A DNA stretch of 63,280 bases, filler included, from Octopus bimaculoides (lineage: Eukaryota): NCBI RefSeq assembly GCF_001194135.2. It is 5 parts of 4 records of this genome, joined end to end, with 100 filler letters (N's around TTAATTAATTAA, not from the genome) between each part and the next. Parts side by side here need not be neighbours in the genome. Positions count along the whole stretch, not along the records: positions 35,940 to 53,257 come from NC_068996.1; positions 53,358 to 60,174 come from NC_068984.1; positions 60,275 to 63,280 come from NC_068994.1; 2 more parts are not named here. One strand, 5' to 3'. A program made the position numbers and the translations under genes. Each line of letters starts with the position of its first letter. Position 1 is the first letter of the stretch. The notes below the pieces were generated by a model. That model did not search any database and was not told the DNA's origin. It saw only the letters and a program-made list of their open reading frames with translations. Shown here piece by piece: positions 50,700 to 63,280 of this stretch.

Positions 50700-52640
50700 T
50701 TGCATGTTTTCTGCAGCTCATTTATATATCGTATCTAGGTCTTTCTGTAGATTACACAAGTCGGCATAATTTTCTATATTTAAATGTCTACATAACTTTT
50801 CAAAGCAATTTTTTACTCTGATTTCAGATCTGCTATTAGTTTTTCTCATCACGTCTAGATTTTCTGTAATAAAGCTTTGGGGTGTTTTTTTTTTCTGTAT
50901 TACGGTATCAGAGAATCAGATGACAGAATCAATGTCTACATAACTTTTTAAAACAATTTTTTACGCTGATTTCAAATCTGTTATTAGTTTTTTCTCCATC
51001 ACGTCTAGTTTTTCTGTAATACATCTTTGGGTTTTTTCCTTTATTATGGTATCAGAGAATCAGATAACAGTGATTACGATTTATTTTCCTCAACAAAATA
51101 GATTGCAATAAACCAATGCTGACCTAATATTAGTAAAAGTAAAATAACAGCAAGTATACAGTTTATTAAACAGTTGTTGGCAACTCTGACGAACAACGTG
51201 ACCTTGAAAACGATTGCTAACTGGTGCCCTTGTGTTGGCTTAGTAGTTCTAGAGGTCAGTCGTTGGTACATAAAGATGTAAGTGCGTGAACAACCTAGAC
51301 ATATTCTGCTATATTTGTGGCAGGTGTGTTGTTATGAAGCAGAGACAAAATATAACTGATCTTGTAAAGAATCTATACCTCGCTTATTTTGATGCTAAAC
51401 TCGGTGATGAAGACAAACCTTGGGCTCCACACAAAGTATGTCGCATTTCTGCGGAAGGGCTGAGACTCTGGAAAGCCAGTAAGAAAAGAAAAAAGAAATG
51501 CCGTTTCGAATACCAATGGTGTGGCGAGAGCCGAATAACCACGTTTACGATTGTTATTTCTACATGACTAAAGTTGACGGATACAGTGCAAAAACTAGAC
51601 ATAAGATAGTGTATCATAGTATTCCCTCGGCCTTACAGCCTATTGCACATTGGGCTGACATTCCAGTTCCTCTCCCTCCCCACTTGTTTTAAAGAATGTT
51701 ACATCAGGTAGTGATGAAGAAGACAAATATGAAGAAGGTGATGACTACAATCCTAACGAAATCGAAAGTCTGCTGTTATTTACACAGGAAGGGCTCAATG
51801 ATTTTGTGAGAGATTTGAACCTACCAAAGGATGCAGCGGAACCTCTTGGTTCTAGGCTAAAAATGGAAAAGCTTTTGTTACCGGGAAACTTCTTCTCTTG
51901 GTATTGTCAGAGGAAACACGAGTTGTTACCATTCTTTACTGAAGGTGAATCAGTGGTGTTTTGCTATAATATTCCAAACTTGCTGAATTGTTTTGAGTTT
52001 GAGAGCAACCCCTCGAAATGGAAGCTATTCATTGATTCCTCCAAAGGGAGATTGAAGGCTACCTTGCTACACAATGGAAAAAAGTATTCATCCATTCCAG
52101 TGGTACATTCCGTACAACTAAAGGAGACATGAAAATGTAAAAAAAAAATTTTATTAAATATAAAATATGCAGAATACCACTGACAAGTGTGTGAAAATTT
52201 TCGTAATTATGTGCATACTTTTAGGCCAGTAGGAAGGCTACACAAAAATGCTATGTTTCTTATGTGAATGAGACAGCAGAACTAAAGAAAAGCACTGGAT
52301 GGTTAAAAACTGGCCACAAGGGAGAAGTTTGTTACCTGGACCCAAAAACATTCTGCACAAACCCTTGGTTGAATGTACAAAAGTACTGCTACTGCCCTTG
52401 CATATCAACCTGGGTTTGATGAAACAGTTCGTTAAATCTTTGCCTGCAGATTGACCGTGTTTGCAATAACTCTAAAAAAAAATTACTAAATATAACCAGT
52501 GAGAAAATTAGAGTTGGTCTCGACATTCGTAAACTAATGAAAGTTATGAGAAATCCATGAATGAATCTCAAAAGTAGGCATGGGTGAGCTTCAAGTGTGT
52601 TGTCGAGAACTTTTTGTGCAAGTTTTCCTATCGTCGGTGT
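50700..52640 (+). mobile_element. Chapaev3-like (CMC group) DNA transposon remnant
   Basis: KCVNNLDIFCYICG, WAPHKVC, PMVWREP.NH..DCYF, LNDFVRDLNLPK..GSRL, WKLFIDSS, LLPLHINLGLMKQFVKSL; 148-bp subterminal tandem repeat at 50783-51075. Family assignment from memory of these motifs. Confidence 0.65.
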
Positions 52641-53062
52641 AGCTCATAAATGTGGTTGTCTGGGGTAAGTGATGGCACGTATATTGTATTGAGAGTTTCT
52701 TGCCACTATATATACAAAATCTTATCTAAATGAGACATATTAGTCAAATATCTTCTACTATGGCCCCTGATCAACCAAAGCCTTGTGAGCGAATTGGTTG
52801 GCGCCTACTTATACATACACATATATCATTATATGCATGCATATATACACACACAAAACACACAAACACATATATGTGTGTGCGTGTGCGTGTGTATGTG
52901 TGTGTATAGATATGTACATATATATAGGTCTGTATATATGCGTGTGCATGTGTATTTGTATATATGTATGTATGTGTCGAAACAAATGTCATGATTAATA
53001 ATAGATACTTGTTTTTTCCATCTTCCGTCTTCTATTTACTATAGATAGAGAGAGAGAGAGAA

Positions 53063-53093
<31 letters not shown>

Positions 53094-53150
53094 AAGAGAA
53101 AGAGATAGAGAGAGATAGTTAGATAGACAGACAGACAGACAGACAGATAA

Positions 53151-53212
<62 letters not shown>

Positions 53213-53357
53213 TTCTTTTATTAGCCACATAGGGCTCAGCGAAGATGGGACAAATACNNNNNNNNNNNNNNNNNNNNNNNNNNNNNNNNNNNNNNNNNNN
53301 NTTAATTAATTAANNNNNNNNNNNNNNNNNNNNNNNNNNNNNNNNNNNNNNNNNNNN

Positions 53358-53397
<40 letters not shown>

Positions 53398-53417
53398 AAG
53401 AATGGGCCATTGCGCCT

Positions 53418-53460
<43 letters not shown>

Positions 53461-53962
53461 TATTGTTGTTGCTATTACTACTGCTGCTGCTACTAGTGCT
53501 CGCGGTGCTACTGAGGCTGGTGTAATGCATTCCGTAAGTTTCATTGTCGTCTGCTTACTAATTGAATTTATTCTTAGTACCTTATAAGCAAAACACCTGT
53601 TTGGGTGTGAATGTGTGTGTGTGTGCCTGTATGAATGCGTGCGTATATGTGTGCGTGCCTCTGTGTGTGTTTGTGTGTGTGTGTGTGTGTGTGGTTGTGT
53701 ATGTGCATGTGTGTATGCGTGACGTGTATAGTTATTTGGGAAATCATAATTGACTGTAACCAGGAATTGAATGTAAAGTTGTTTTTAATCTGGTACCAAT
53801 GGTCTTTTGTCTGTTCTCATTGTCGTCATAACTGTTATCGTCAGCATCATTGTCATCGTCGTCATCGCATCATCGTCATCGTCATCATCGTCATCATCGT
53901 CATCATCGTCATCATCACATGCATCAAAATTTTCATAAATATTAATATTACAAACGAAAAGA

Positions 53963-54561
53963 AAATGTATACCTTTCTATGTGGTTAGCACAAAAAGACC
54001 GTTATACATTCGCATCAAAGAACATCTGAACACGAGAGCCTCCTCCTTCAGAAAACATCTAGACATGCTGGAACACCGATAAAAGCATAAGTCACAATTG
54101 AGGCCAATGAAAGAAATTTGGGTAATCTAAGAATTAAGGAAGCTATCCTCATAGACAGACTAGGGCCCCAAGTAAACAACAGGCTGGAGGTTGGCAATCA
54201 ATATATTATTTAGCTACATCTGAAGGAAAAAAAAGGAAACTGCACGTATAATACATAACTTAGAAGCAGCGCTGCGGATGCGCCAACATACACGAGCTTG
54301 AAACAAGGCCACCCTCATGCACTTCTCATGAGGAATTCCGGAAGGAGCTTCGTGATACCACTGCAGAGACTCTTCCGGGGTAAAAAAAAAATTCAGTAAC
54401 CGTTCGAAAACCGATTATAGCAGTGACTCGATCAATTTCTAGCGATATCTGAAGAAGGAATTTTTATATTCCGAAATATTATTATTATATCAGACTATGG
54501 ATAATTAAATTATAACAGTTATTATAGACCACTCTGCATTGTTGTGCCATTCATGTCACGT
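53963..54561 (+). mobile_element. Penelope-like element 3' end: GIY-YIG remnant plus terminal repeat with HHR (family F)
   Basis: FYVVSTKRPLYIRIKEHL (YIG-T-R-L-R-EH), frameshift, LRIKEAILIDRLGPQVN*; HHR at 54444-54491; ends in (TA)n. Confidence 0.8.
54444..54491 (+). ncRNA. Type I hammerhead motif, family F
   Basis: GATAT / CTGAAGA-A / GGAAT-TTTTAT-ATTCC / GAA / ATA-TTAT-TAT / T / ATATC; AUU triplet, weak AU-rich stems. Confidence 0.6.
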
Positions 54562-56295
54562 TATATATATATATATATATNNNNNNNNNNNNNNNNNNNN
54601 NNNNNNNNNNNNNNNNNNNNNNNNNNNNNNNNNNNNNNNNNNNNNNNNNNNNNNNNNNNNNNNNNNNNNNNNNNNNNNNNNNNNNNNNNNNNNNNNNNNN
54701 NNNNNNNNNNNNNNNNNNNNNNNNNNNNNNNNNNNNNNNNNNNNNNNNNNNNNNNNNNNNNNNNNNNNNNNNNNNNNNNNNNNNNNNNNNNNNNNNNNNN
54801 NNNNNNNNNNNNNNNNNNNNNNNNNNNNNNNNNNNNNNNNNNNNNNNNNNNNNNNNNNNNNNNNNNNNNNNNNNNNNNNNNNNNNNNNNNNNNNNNNNNN
54901 NNNNNNNNNNNNNNNNNNNNNNNNNNNNNNNNNNNNNNNNNNNNNNNNNNNNNNNNNNNNNNNNNNNNNNNNNNNNNNNNNNNNNNNNNNNNNNNNNNNN
55001 NNNNNNNNNNNNNNNNNNNNNNNNNNNNNNNNNNNNNNNNNNNNNNNNNNNNNNNNNNNNNNNNNNNNNNNNNNNNNNNNNNNNNNNNNNNNNNNNNNNN
55101 NNNNNNNNNNNNNNNNNNNNNNNNNNNNNNNNNNNNNNNNNNNNNNNNNNNNNNNNNNNNNNNNNNNNNNNNNNNNNNNNNNNNNNNNNNNNNNNNNNNN
55201 NNNNNNNNNNNNNNNNNNNNNNNNNNNNNNNNNNNNNNNNNNNNNNNNNNNNNNNNNNNNNNNNNNNNNNNNNNNNNNNNNNNNNNNNNNNNNNNNNNNN
55301 NNNNNNNNNNNNNNNNNNNNNNNNNNNNNNNNNNNNNNNNNNNNNNNNNNNNNNNNNNNNNNNNNNNNNNNNNNNNNNNNNNNNNNNNNNNNNNNNNNNN
55401 NNNNNNNNNNNNNNNNNNNNNNNNNNNNNNNNNNNNNNNNNNNNNNNNNNNNNNNNNNNNNNNNNNNNNNNNNNNNNNNNNNNNNNNNNNNNNNNNNNNN
55501 NNNNNNNNNNNNNNNNNNNNNNNNNNNNNNNNNNNNNNNNNNNNNNNNNNNNNNNATATATACACCCTTGTGCTTACCTTATACTAGGTATGTATCTAAC
55601 TTTTGTACGACTCTTACTCTATCTTTTATTCCCCCCTCTCATTTTTCTTCCTTTTTCTCGCTCTCCTTCTCTCGCATTTCTTGGCCTTCTCGTTCTTTAA
55701 CTCCTACTATTTCCTACTCGTTTATCTCCTCTGTACTTTTCTCTTTGATTTTCTTTCTAAACCTTCGATCCCGCTGCCCCCTCCTCTCCTCCTTCCACGT
55801 GACCGGTGTCCGGCCAGCCATGATCTTTCTTTCTTGGCCTGATTGCCGACCGCAAACACCTCTTATGTCCATCTCCTGCGTTCCTGCCTTTAGGCTTTCA
55901 CCTCATACACGCCAGCTCAATTTGATTCGTTCTCAATTGAAAGACAACTGTTGTTATTTCTTGTTGTTTGTATTCGTAAATGTGTACCATGTACTCCGTT
56001 TTTTTGTTTGTTTGTTTTTTTTTTGTCTTTGTTGCCATACACATTCGCTAGCTTTCTTACAAAGGGCTCTAATGCTCTTAGCTTAGACTTTTTGTGGGGC
56101 AACCAGATCGAACCATCTCAAGTGTAACTGCCCGAAATAGTCATGACTTCTCATACTTGACTGAGGAAAGAAAGCCACGAATGACCCGTCTTTTTTTGCC
56201 TGTCCTTCTAATTGTTATTTCTCTTGTCTGCCTTTGTATCGTCTGTCTGTCTGAACGTTTTAATGTCCTCTATTGCGTTTTTGTTCAATATATAC

Positions 56296-56327
<32 letters not shown>

Positions 56328-57080
56328 NNNNNNNNNNNNNNNNNNNNNNNNNNNNNNNNNNNNNNNNNNNNNNNNNNNNNNNNNNNNNNNNNNNNNNNNN
56401 NNNNNNNNNNNNNNNNNNNNNNNNNNNNNNNNNNNNNNNNNNNNNNNNNNNNNNNNNNNNNNNNNNNNNNNNNNNNNNNNNNNNNNNNNNNNNNNNNNNN
56501 NNNNNNNNNNNNNNNNNNNNNNNNNNNNCCTATATTTGTTCAAATAATGGACTTCCACACATGTTTTTGCCAGAACAGAAGATAAAATCGATACAGTTAA
56601 GAAGAAAACATTTATTGACATTCACACCCGATAAATGCTCTGATTCATTAACTAATTCTGCTATGGATAGATTCATTAACTCTTTTTTGAAATAAATTAA
56701 TGTGAAGTAATTTCACAATAGTTTTGTCAATACTGTTACCTTCTCACATTAGTATTCTGTCTTTCTCTGTCTACGCTTAGATTCAATAAATAAAATACAA
56801 ATATTACTGGTAATGAATTTCTCTTTAAAGACGTTACGTAGAATAACGAAATAATTTCAAATGCTGCGTCCTGTAAAAGACTTACACTTTTAACAACCTT
56901 TGGAATAATGTAGAACTTTACAATCAACTTGAACCATAGTTTCGCCAGAGAATAATGCTTTATAGGACTCAGGTGTGTGTGTGTGTTTGCCTGTGGTGGG
57001 ATGATGCTATTTCAGTAAAAGATTGTAAAATAATTGACTTTTGCATTAACAGCCACTGTACGAGACGAGTGGATTTTTTT

Positions 57081-57609
57081 CCCACGAGAGTTCCGGACTC
57101 CAACTATGAACTCATTTGCATACAGCCAATCAGAGCTCACCGTGACCTTGTTGTCAAGTTAACAAACACACTCTACCAAGTAAACTCAAGACGAAAAACG
57201 GTGATGTAAGTCGACCGATCGCCGTCAAGTTATGCCTGATTTTAGAAGGTGACAAGTAATTAGATAGATTTGCATATATATCTATTATCGGATTTTTCTT
57301 AGGGCCCCATATGGTAAAGATGTGGATGGGAAAAATGTGGGTAGAGGGCGATGTGCTAGCAGCCCTCTCCCCTTACTGTTCTACAAAGTAAACAACAACA
57401 CAAATAATTACGCAGAGGCAGCCATGGTTGGAACAAGAACAAGAACAACAAGCATTCTTAAAAGAGAAAAGAAACATGGTCATTCTTTACCCAAGTGACC
57501 TTATCTTATCGCCCACCACTTGTTATGCGCTCATAAATTAGTTTGATAATTGAGCTCTGATTGGCTGTATGCAAATGAGTTCATAACTGGGGTCCGAAAC
57601 TCTCGTGGG
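57081..57609. repeat. Unclassified element with 59-bp inverted repeats
   Basis: 57081-57139 versus 57551-57609: 55/59 identity by hand alignment; arms contain ATTTGCAT and CCAATCAG. Confidence 0.75.
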
Positions 57610-59948
57610 GAAACAATTTCGCGTACGGGACGAGTGAATTTTAAAATTTTATAATTATTAATATCTAGCATAAAAGCAGAGAAGCATAAATTCCACATAT
57701 AGTTCATACTCTAATTGTGATCAACAACTATTTCAGTAAGAAAAACACGACCAAATGAATAAATTCATAATTGTGGTATATAATTAATTTAAATTAAGTT
57801 AGATTAATTGAACTTATATTAATTCAAAATCTGTGTTTACCCAAATCGTCAGGAATGTCGTGTTATGTAATTATACTCTTGGTAGTGTTTATCTTAATGA
57901 AACAGCTGTTGAAAACAATTAAAGTATGAACAACAACAGGTGAAGTTTTCTACGAAAAAAGAAGAAAAGTATCGAACTGTGAAACCCTGGGTTACTAGTT
58001 CAATTGGGATTACATCCACGGCAATTGATTTTAGCTGAGTGTTACGAATATACAACATACAGTCTTCGATTGTATTAAAGATGCCTGGGTATATTAGACG
58101 CATTCCAATTTCACCAGAGTCTTAAGTGTCATCAAATACAATAATATTTTTCTTGTCAACTGGAATCAACTCGTGACATATATGACAACAACAGTGTATA
58201 TTTTATGATATTCATGTATAATATTTTATCATATCTATATATAATATTTTATATATATTTATATATCATGTTAAGTATTACATAACAAATATTTCTTAAA
58301 GAGTGATTAAAGAAGATCGTCGAAATATAGGATTATCGCATAAGAGATATTTCCTTTTCTTACAGGAATCATACCTTTGCTACGATCGACTGATTGATAT
58401 TCTCCCCCCTCCTCCATATGCCCCACTACTTCAGTTTTACAGGGGTATTCACTTCTGAAGAACTTGATGCTAATATCGATATTCCGAGATATAAAAAAGA
58501 CATTTATTTCCCAGAAGATACACTGCAGTCTTAGAACTGACTCATACAGTTATTGAACCGTTGTTTCTTCACATAGAAAAAAATATCGTACATGGGGAGA
58601 AAAACAAGAAAGCTAATTATGAACTCATATTTATTCTCTAGTAGCAACTGTTACCATTATAATCTTGTAGCATCGATAATTTTGTAGTTTAAAAGAAAAT
58701 CTGCCAGAAATTGCCTTGGAAAATGGTCGACGTGCGTGTGAAGAATTGAGAGAAATATATTGTAAATATGTGTAATGGCGAATTTATTATTCATTTGTTA
58801 TATTTAAGTTATGTAATCCGGAGAGCTGAGAATCAGACCGAGAAACACGAACATGAAAAGAGAAATGCAAGTCTTTTCAACATGGTAAGTCACAGTGGGA
58901 TTATGTATTTGTGTAATCAAAACATTCTTCCCGTCTTTCAGATTACCAGCCTCCTTTAATCCACTTATGTTGTTGTTGTTGTTGCTGTTAGTGGTGGTGT
59001 TTAGAACATGGCCGATCTTGATTGTGCGGATCAATGCTCAATGACACTCAACCGTCACGACTATCATTTCTTTTCCGGGGTTTGAATAGGATTACATTAC
59101 TGTCGTGTGCTCTTCCCTTATTTTACATACGATTTAAGTGCGAATTAAGGGAGATTTAGCTGCTATTTCAAGAAGCTCCCTAAGTTCATGAGTTCCCTAA
59201 ATACACACACACATCTTTCTCTCTCTCTGTCTCTCTCCCTCTCTCCACATACACACACATATGGAGCATGTAGCCAAAAGATAGACGCGTGTTTTGAACA
59301 GGTATCGTTCTCTTGTTTCTTTTTCCCCGTTTAGTTCTTTCTTACGTTACTTTGATAAACGTAATGTCATTTCCTTTCTTTTTCCTTTCACTCTTGTCAG
59401 TGTACAAATTCTTTGAGCACAATTTCTTGTTATTTATTTATTTATTTTCTTTTGCGGTTACATTTTGTCCACCATCTTTTTGAATATTTTCCCAGCTGTT
59501 GTGACCACTCGCCTTGTCCAACTGTCCGTCTCTTACCATTCTCCTTGAATCCTTTTTTGCTATGCTGAATCAAACTATTCCCGAAATACGAGAGTAGAAA
59601 AACAGCCAACAACTGATGAAGGGTCGTTCTTTATGTTATTTGCCTTGTTTTCCATTTGTGTCTTTCGTTGTTCGACAAAAATAGTTCATATTCCATGTAC
59701 TCGTACTTCGTATTCTTTTTGTTGTTGTACACGTTTCGTGACGTCTTGTGCCCACATATAAATTATATATATATATACGTATAGATGTAAGTATGTACAT
59801 ACACGTATGTATATATGCTTATATATATATGTATAATTTTTTTTATATTATTATATGATTGAACGCCACGCATCCTCTATATATGTGTATTTATGTATGT
59901 ATCTGTGTGCGTGCGTATGTGTGTGTAGGCTTAAACATATATTTAATT

Positions 59949-60006
<58 letters not shown>

Positions 60007-60288
60007 TTACGCGTAGGAGTGGCTGTGTGGTAAGTAGCTTGTTTACCAACCACATGGTTCCGGGTTCAGTCCCACTGCATGGCACTTTGGGCAAGTGCCG
60101 ATCAAAGCCTTGAGAGTGGATTTTGAAGACGGAAACTGGAAGAAGCCCGTCGTACATATATATATATATATGTANNNNNNNNNNNNNNNNNNNNNNNNNN
60201 NNNNNNNNNNNNNNNNNNTTAATTAATTAANNNNNNNNNNNNNNNNNNNNNNNNNNNNNNNNNNNNNNNNNNNNGCACATACACATAT

Positions 60289-60345
<57 letters not shown>

Positions 60346-60446
60346 CATATAGTGCATATTAAGGTATATATAACAGTATGCATGTATGCAATGCGTGTTG
60401 GTGTGTTTGTGTGTGTATGTGAATGTAGGCTTGTATCGATCGAGTA

Positions 60447-60490
<44 letters not shown>

Positions 60491-60501
60491 NNNNNNNNNN
60501 A

Positions 60502-60541
<40 letters not shown>

Positions 60542-61822
60542 CATACATGCTTCTGCATTAACTCGCACACATTTCCAAAGAAATATCTATCCCTCTGTCT
60601 GTCTGTCCATCTCTCTGTCCATCTGTCTGTCTTTCTGTCAGTATGTCTGCATATACGTTTGTATGCATGTGTAAGTGTTGTGTGTGCATGTGTGTGTATA
60701 TGTATATGTGTGCATATGGATTAATAGAAGCTTGCGTTTGCAAATGAAGAAATAACTCAATACAGGCTCCACTGTTTGTGTATTTTATTAGACACTGCAG
60801 ACTTTTGGCTCGTTAACCGAAGTTTCACGTTGCCGTTTGACATCCTATTACAGCCTTTTGTAATTTTTACAAAAGAACGGAATTGGTGAATTCTTGTAGT
60901 CGCTTCCATCGATATTTATTGAGGTATTTTTCCTGTTGCCAAATGGCTAAAATAATATGTCTTGCTATTAGCAGCGTTTGTCTTTTCTTGTAGTATGCGC
61001 TTGGTGTGTGGCATCTAGGCTGCCAGCGGATAATTCTCGACTGTGTGAATGTTCGGCTGGAATGAAGGCAAGCGTCATTTGGATAAGATCTGCGTGATAT
61101 TAGAAATGGCGGCACCTACTGTATTTGCCGGTGTATAAGACTCATAAAAGAAAATTGTTGACGTGTATCAAAAAATGGCCGTGTATTTAATGTGCCAGAA
61201 TTATGGATGAGAGACCGAGAGTCGTCTGCTGGGGAGCCAGATAAGAATAAGTAGACTAAGCACATTAATCTATAGTAATGAAAGCGAAATTCTGTCTGTC
61301 AAATCACAGACTATAGTAGACATCGGAGAGCCTTTTCGTGAAGCGGGCCACATGAGACATAGCTCACCATCAGGCGGGCCGCATACCAAAAATTTTAAGA
61401 TAATATTTCGTTGGCGTGCCATTCAGGAAGTCCCGCGAGTCGTATACGGTCACAGTTTGCCAATGATCGGACTATTAAATTTTGAAAAAAAGTAAGACAC
61501 ATTTGACAATGTAGTCCTAGATACGTTTATTGCTAAGGAAAGCAAGAAAGACGGTTTTGTAACATTTAGGGCGCCGTGATCATATCTCCTGGATTAGAGA
61601 TGCCATGGATTAAACAACAACAACAACAACAGTAACAATAGTAAGCAACAACAATCACATCGCTGGATCAACGAAAGAGGATCTACGCAGTCGTTTGGCC
61701 TGCTAGAAATAACAGATATATTTCCTGCAAACCAGTCATTTTACAGTGTTTGAAATACGGGAGCATAATTTGGACAATGTAGTCCCAGATCAGGCATGGA
61801 TAAAGTGCGGCCCGTGAAACTT

Positions 61823-62352
61823 TCTGAATGGCACACATAATGGCGTAGGAGTGGATGTGTGGTAAGTAGCTTGCTTACCAACTACATGGTTTCGGGTTCA
61901 GTCCCACTGCGTGACACCTTGGGCAAGTGTTTTCTACTACTATAGCCTCGGGCCGACCAAAGCCTTGTGAGTGGATTTGGTAGACGGAAACTGAAAGAAG
62001 CTCGTCGTATATATGTATATGTATATATATGTGTATGTGTGTCTGTGTTTGTTCCCCTAACATCGCTTGACAACCGATGCTGGTGTGTTTACGTCNNNNN
62101 NNNNNNNNNNNNNNNNNNNNNNNNNNNNNNNNNNNNNNNNNNNNNNNNNNNNNNNNNNNNNNNNNNNNNNNNNNNNNNNNNNNNNNNNNNNNNNNNNNNN
62201 NNNNNNNNNNNNNNNNNNNNNNNNNAAAAAGAGACCGATAGAATAAGTACTAGGCTTACAAAGAATAAGTCCTGGGATCGACTTTCTCGACTAAAGGGGG
62301 TGCTCCAGCATGGCCGCAGTCAAATGACTGAAACAAGTAAAAGAGTAAAAGA
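61823..62352 (+). mobile_element. Full-length OK-like SINE (gap inside)
   Basis: TGGCGTAGGAGTGGATGTGTGGTAAGTAGCTTGC head to GAAACAAGTAAAAGAGTAAAAGAG tail. Confidence 0.9.
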
Positions 62353-63004
62353 GTGTGTAAGAGAGAGGGGGGCCTTCCTTTGTACTGTTCTCTGTGGTTT
62401 TTTTGTTTTTTGTTTTGGCTGACCTCCAAAAAGCAATGGGTAACCTAATTACAAGATTTTAATCTCAATCCACTTCAAGTATTTTATGTTTTTAATTCTT
62501 CTACGGATACGGGTTCATCGTTTTCAATATCACGAAACTGGGGCTAGTAGCCCCTTCTCATTAAAAAAAAACAAAAAAACAACAGAGAAAGAAAGAGATT
62601 GATACGCTTCAAGAAGCTGTCCAACAATGACCCACTAGTCTGTACATCACGGAGCGATGCTAATAAATTTGGGAAATCAAATTTTACCGACATCGGTTTT
62701 CGCTGATCATTTTCCTCCGGAGTGTGGGATGGATGGGAAATAAGATGGGCTAAAGGGTTGATTGATAAAAATAACAAGTAACAGGCATGTAGTCAAGGGT
62801 CGATTCGATCGAAGATCACCCTCTCACTCCTCCACGGCCTCCTCTTCTATCCTGATAATCTGTGGCCATCTGCCAATGTTTACAAATCAATGTTATTTCA
62901 TGCTTATGGCTTCGTACGATAAAAGGAATTACTTTCAGATTTAATAACATTTAGGAAATTGTAATTTTCCGTTCGAATAGATTTGTTTGTTTGTTTCTTT
63001 ATTT

Positions 63005-63036
<32 letters not shown>

Positions 63037-63280
63037 CGCCGTCATCGTTGTTGTTGCCGTTGTTGTTGTTGTTGTTGTTGTTTTTGATGTTATTGTATTT
63101 ATTTACTCCGTCCAGCCATGACCCCTACCCCCAGGTCAGCCCTCGTGGGACAAACTTATAATGGAAGGTGTGCCTCTCGCAACAATCCCATCTAGTTTTT
63201 TTTCTTTTTCTTTTTTTTTTTTACATTTTGCATCTGAGATGTATCTAAGAAGAAACAACATAAAATAATTAGATAAACGG

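Noticed and set aside
54215-54250. CTGAAGG-A8-GGAAACTGCACGTA as a second HHR in family F
   Set aside because: No stem II and no stem I pairing.
56094-56152. GGGCA..TGCCC-GAAAT-AGTCATGACT: stem II, GAAA and a palindrome
   Set aside because: No CUGANGA upstream; at best a heavily decayed relic.
59575-59630. CCC-GAAA-TAC-GAGA-GTA...CTGATGA-A-GGG as a type II hammerhead
   Set aside because: No U at 16.1 and no stem I pairing; insufficient support.
60867-61200. 82-aa minus ORF and two YY1-like AAATGGC motifs as a promoter or first exon
   Set aside because: No recognisable domain, splice support or CpG enrichment; motifs too short.
27103-62422. Long ORFs in the supplied track rich in X, YI, CV, HT, LS or N
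   Set aside because: Translations of N-gaps and of (TA)n, (CA)n, (GA)n, (TAGA)n and (TAA)n microsatellites.

Overview
AT-rich, microsatellite-saturated, gapped eukaryotic genomic DNA. The SINE, RTE and microsatellite repertoire points to an octopus genome; this is inference from recalled repeat consensus, not a database hit. One protein-coding gene is supported: four coding exons of the mitochondrial Ser/Thr phosphatase PGAM5 on + (542-714, 4241-4455, 6347-6477, 12874-13024). All have GT-AG sites, matching phases and intact catalytic motifs. The first coding exon (TM anchor, WDxNWD) lies upstream of the window. The rest is transposon debris: tRNA-derived SINEs, RTE, CR1, Tx1-like and R4/Dong LINE fragments, mariner/Tc1, piggyBac-like, hAT-like and Helentron-like non-autonomous elements, and a Chapaev3-like transposase remnant. 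The main unexplained signal is about a dozen type-I hammerhead-ribozyme (HHR) motifs from about six distinct repeat families, found by eye. Most have palindromic stem III, several sit in inverted duplications ending in (TA)n, and one lies directly behind a GIY-YIG remnant, so they look like Penelope-like-element terminal repeats. The best case is an 82-bp near-perfect foldback (32942-33111) carrying two divergent HHRs with a CCGAUGA core variant. No ribozyme activity has been tested. Nearly all ORFs in the supplied track are microsatellite or gap artefacts. No rRNA, bona fide tRNA or CRISPR array was found.
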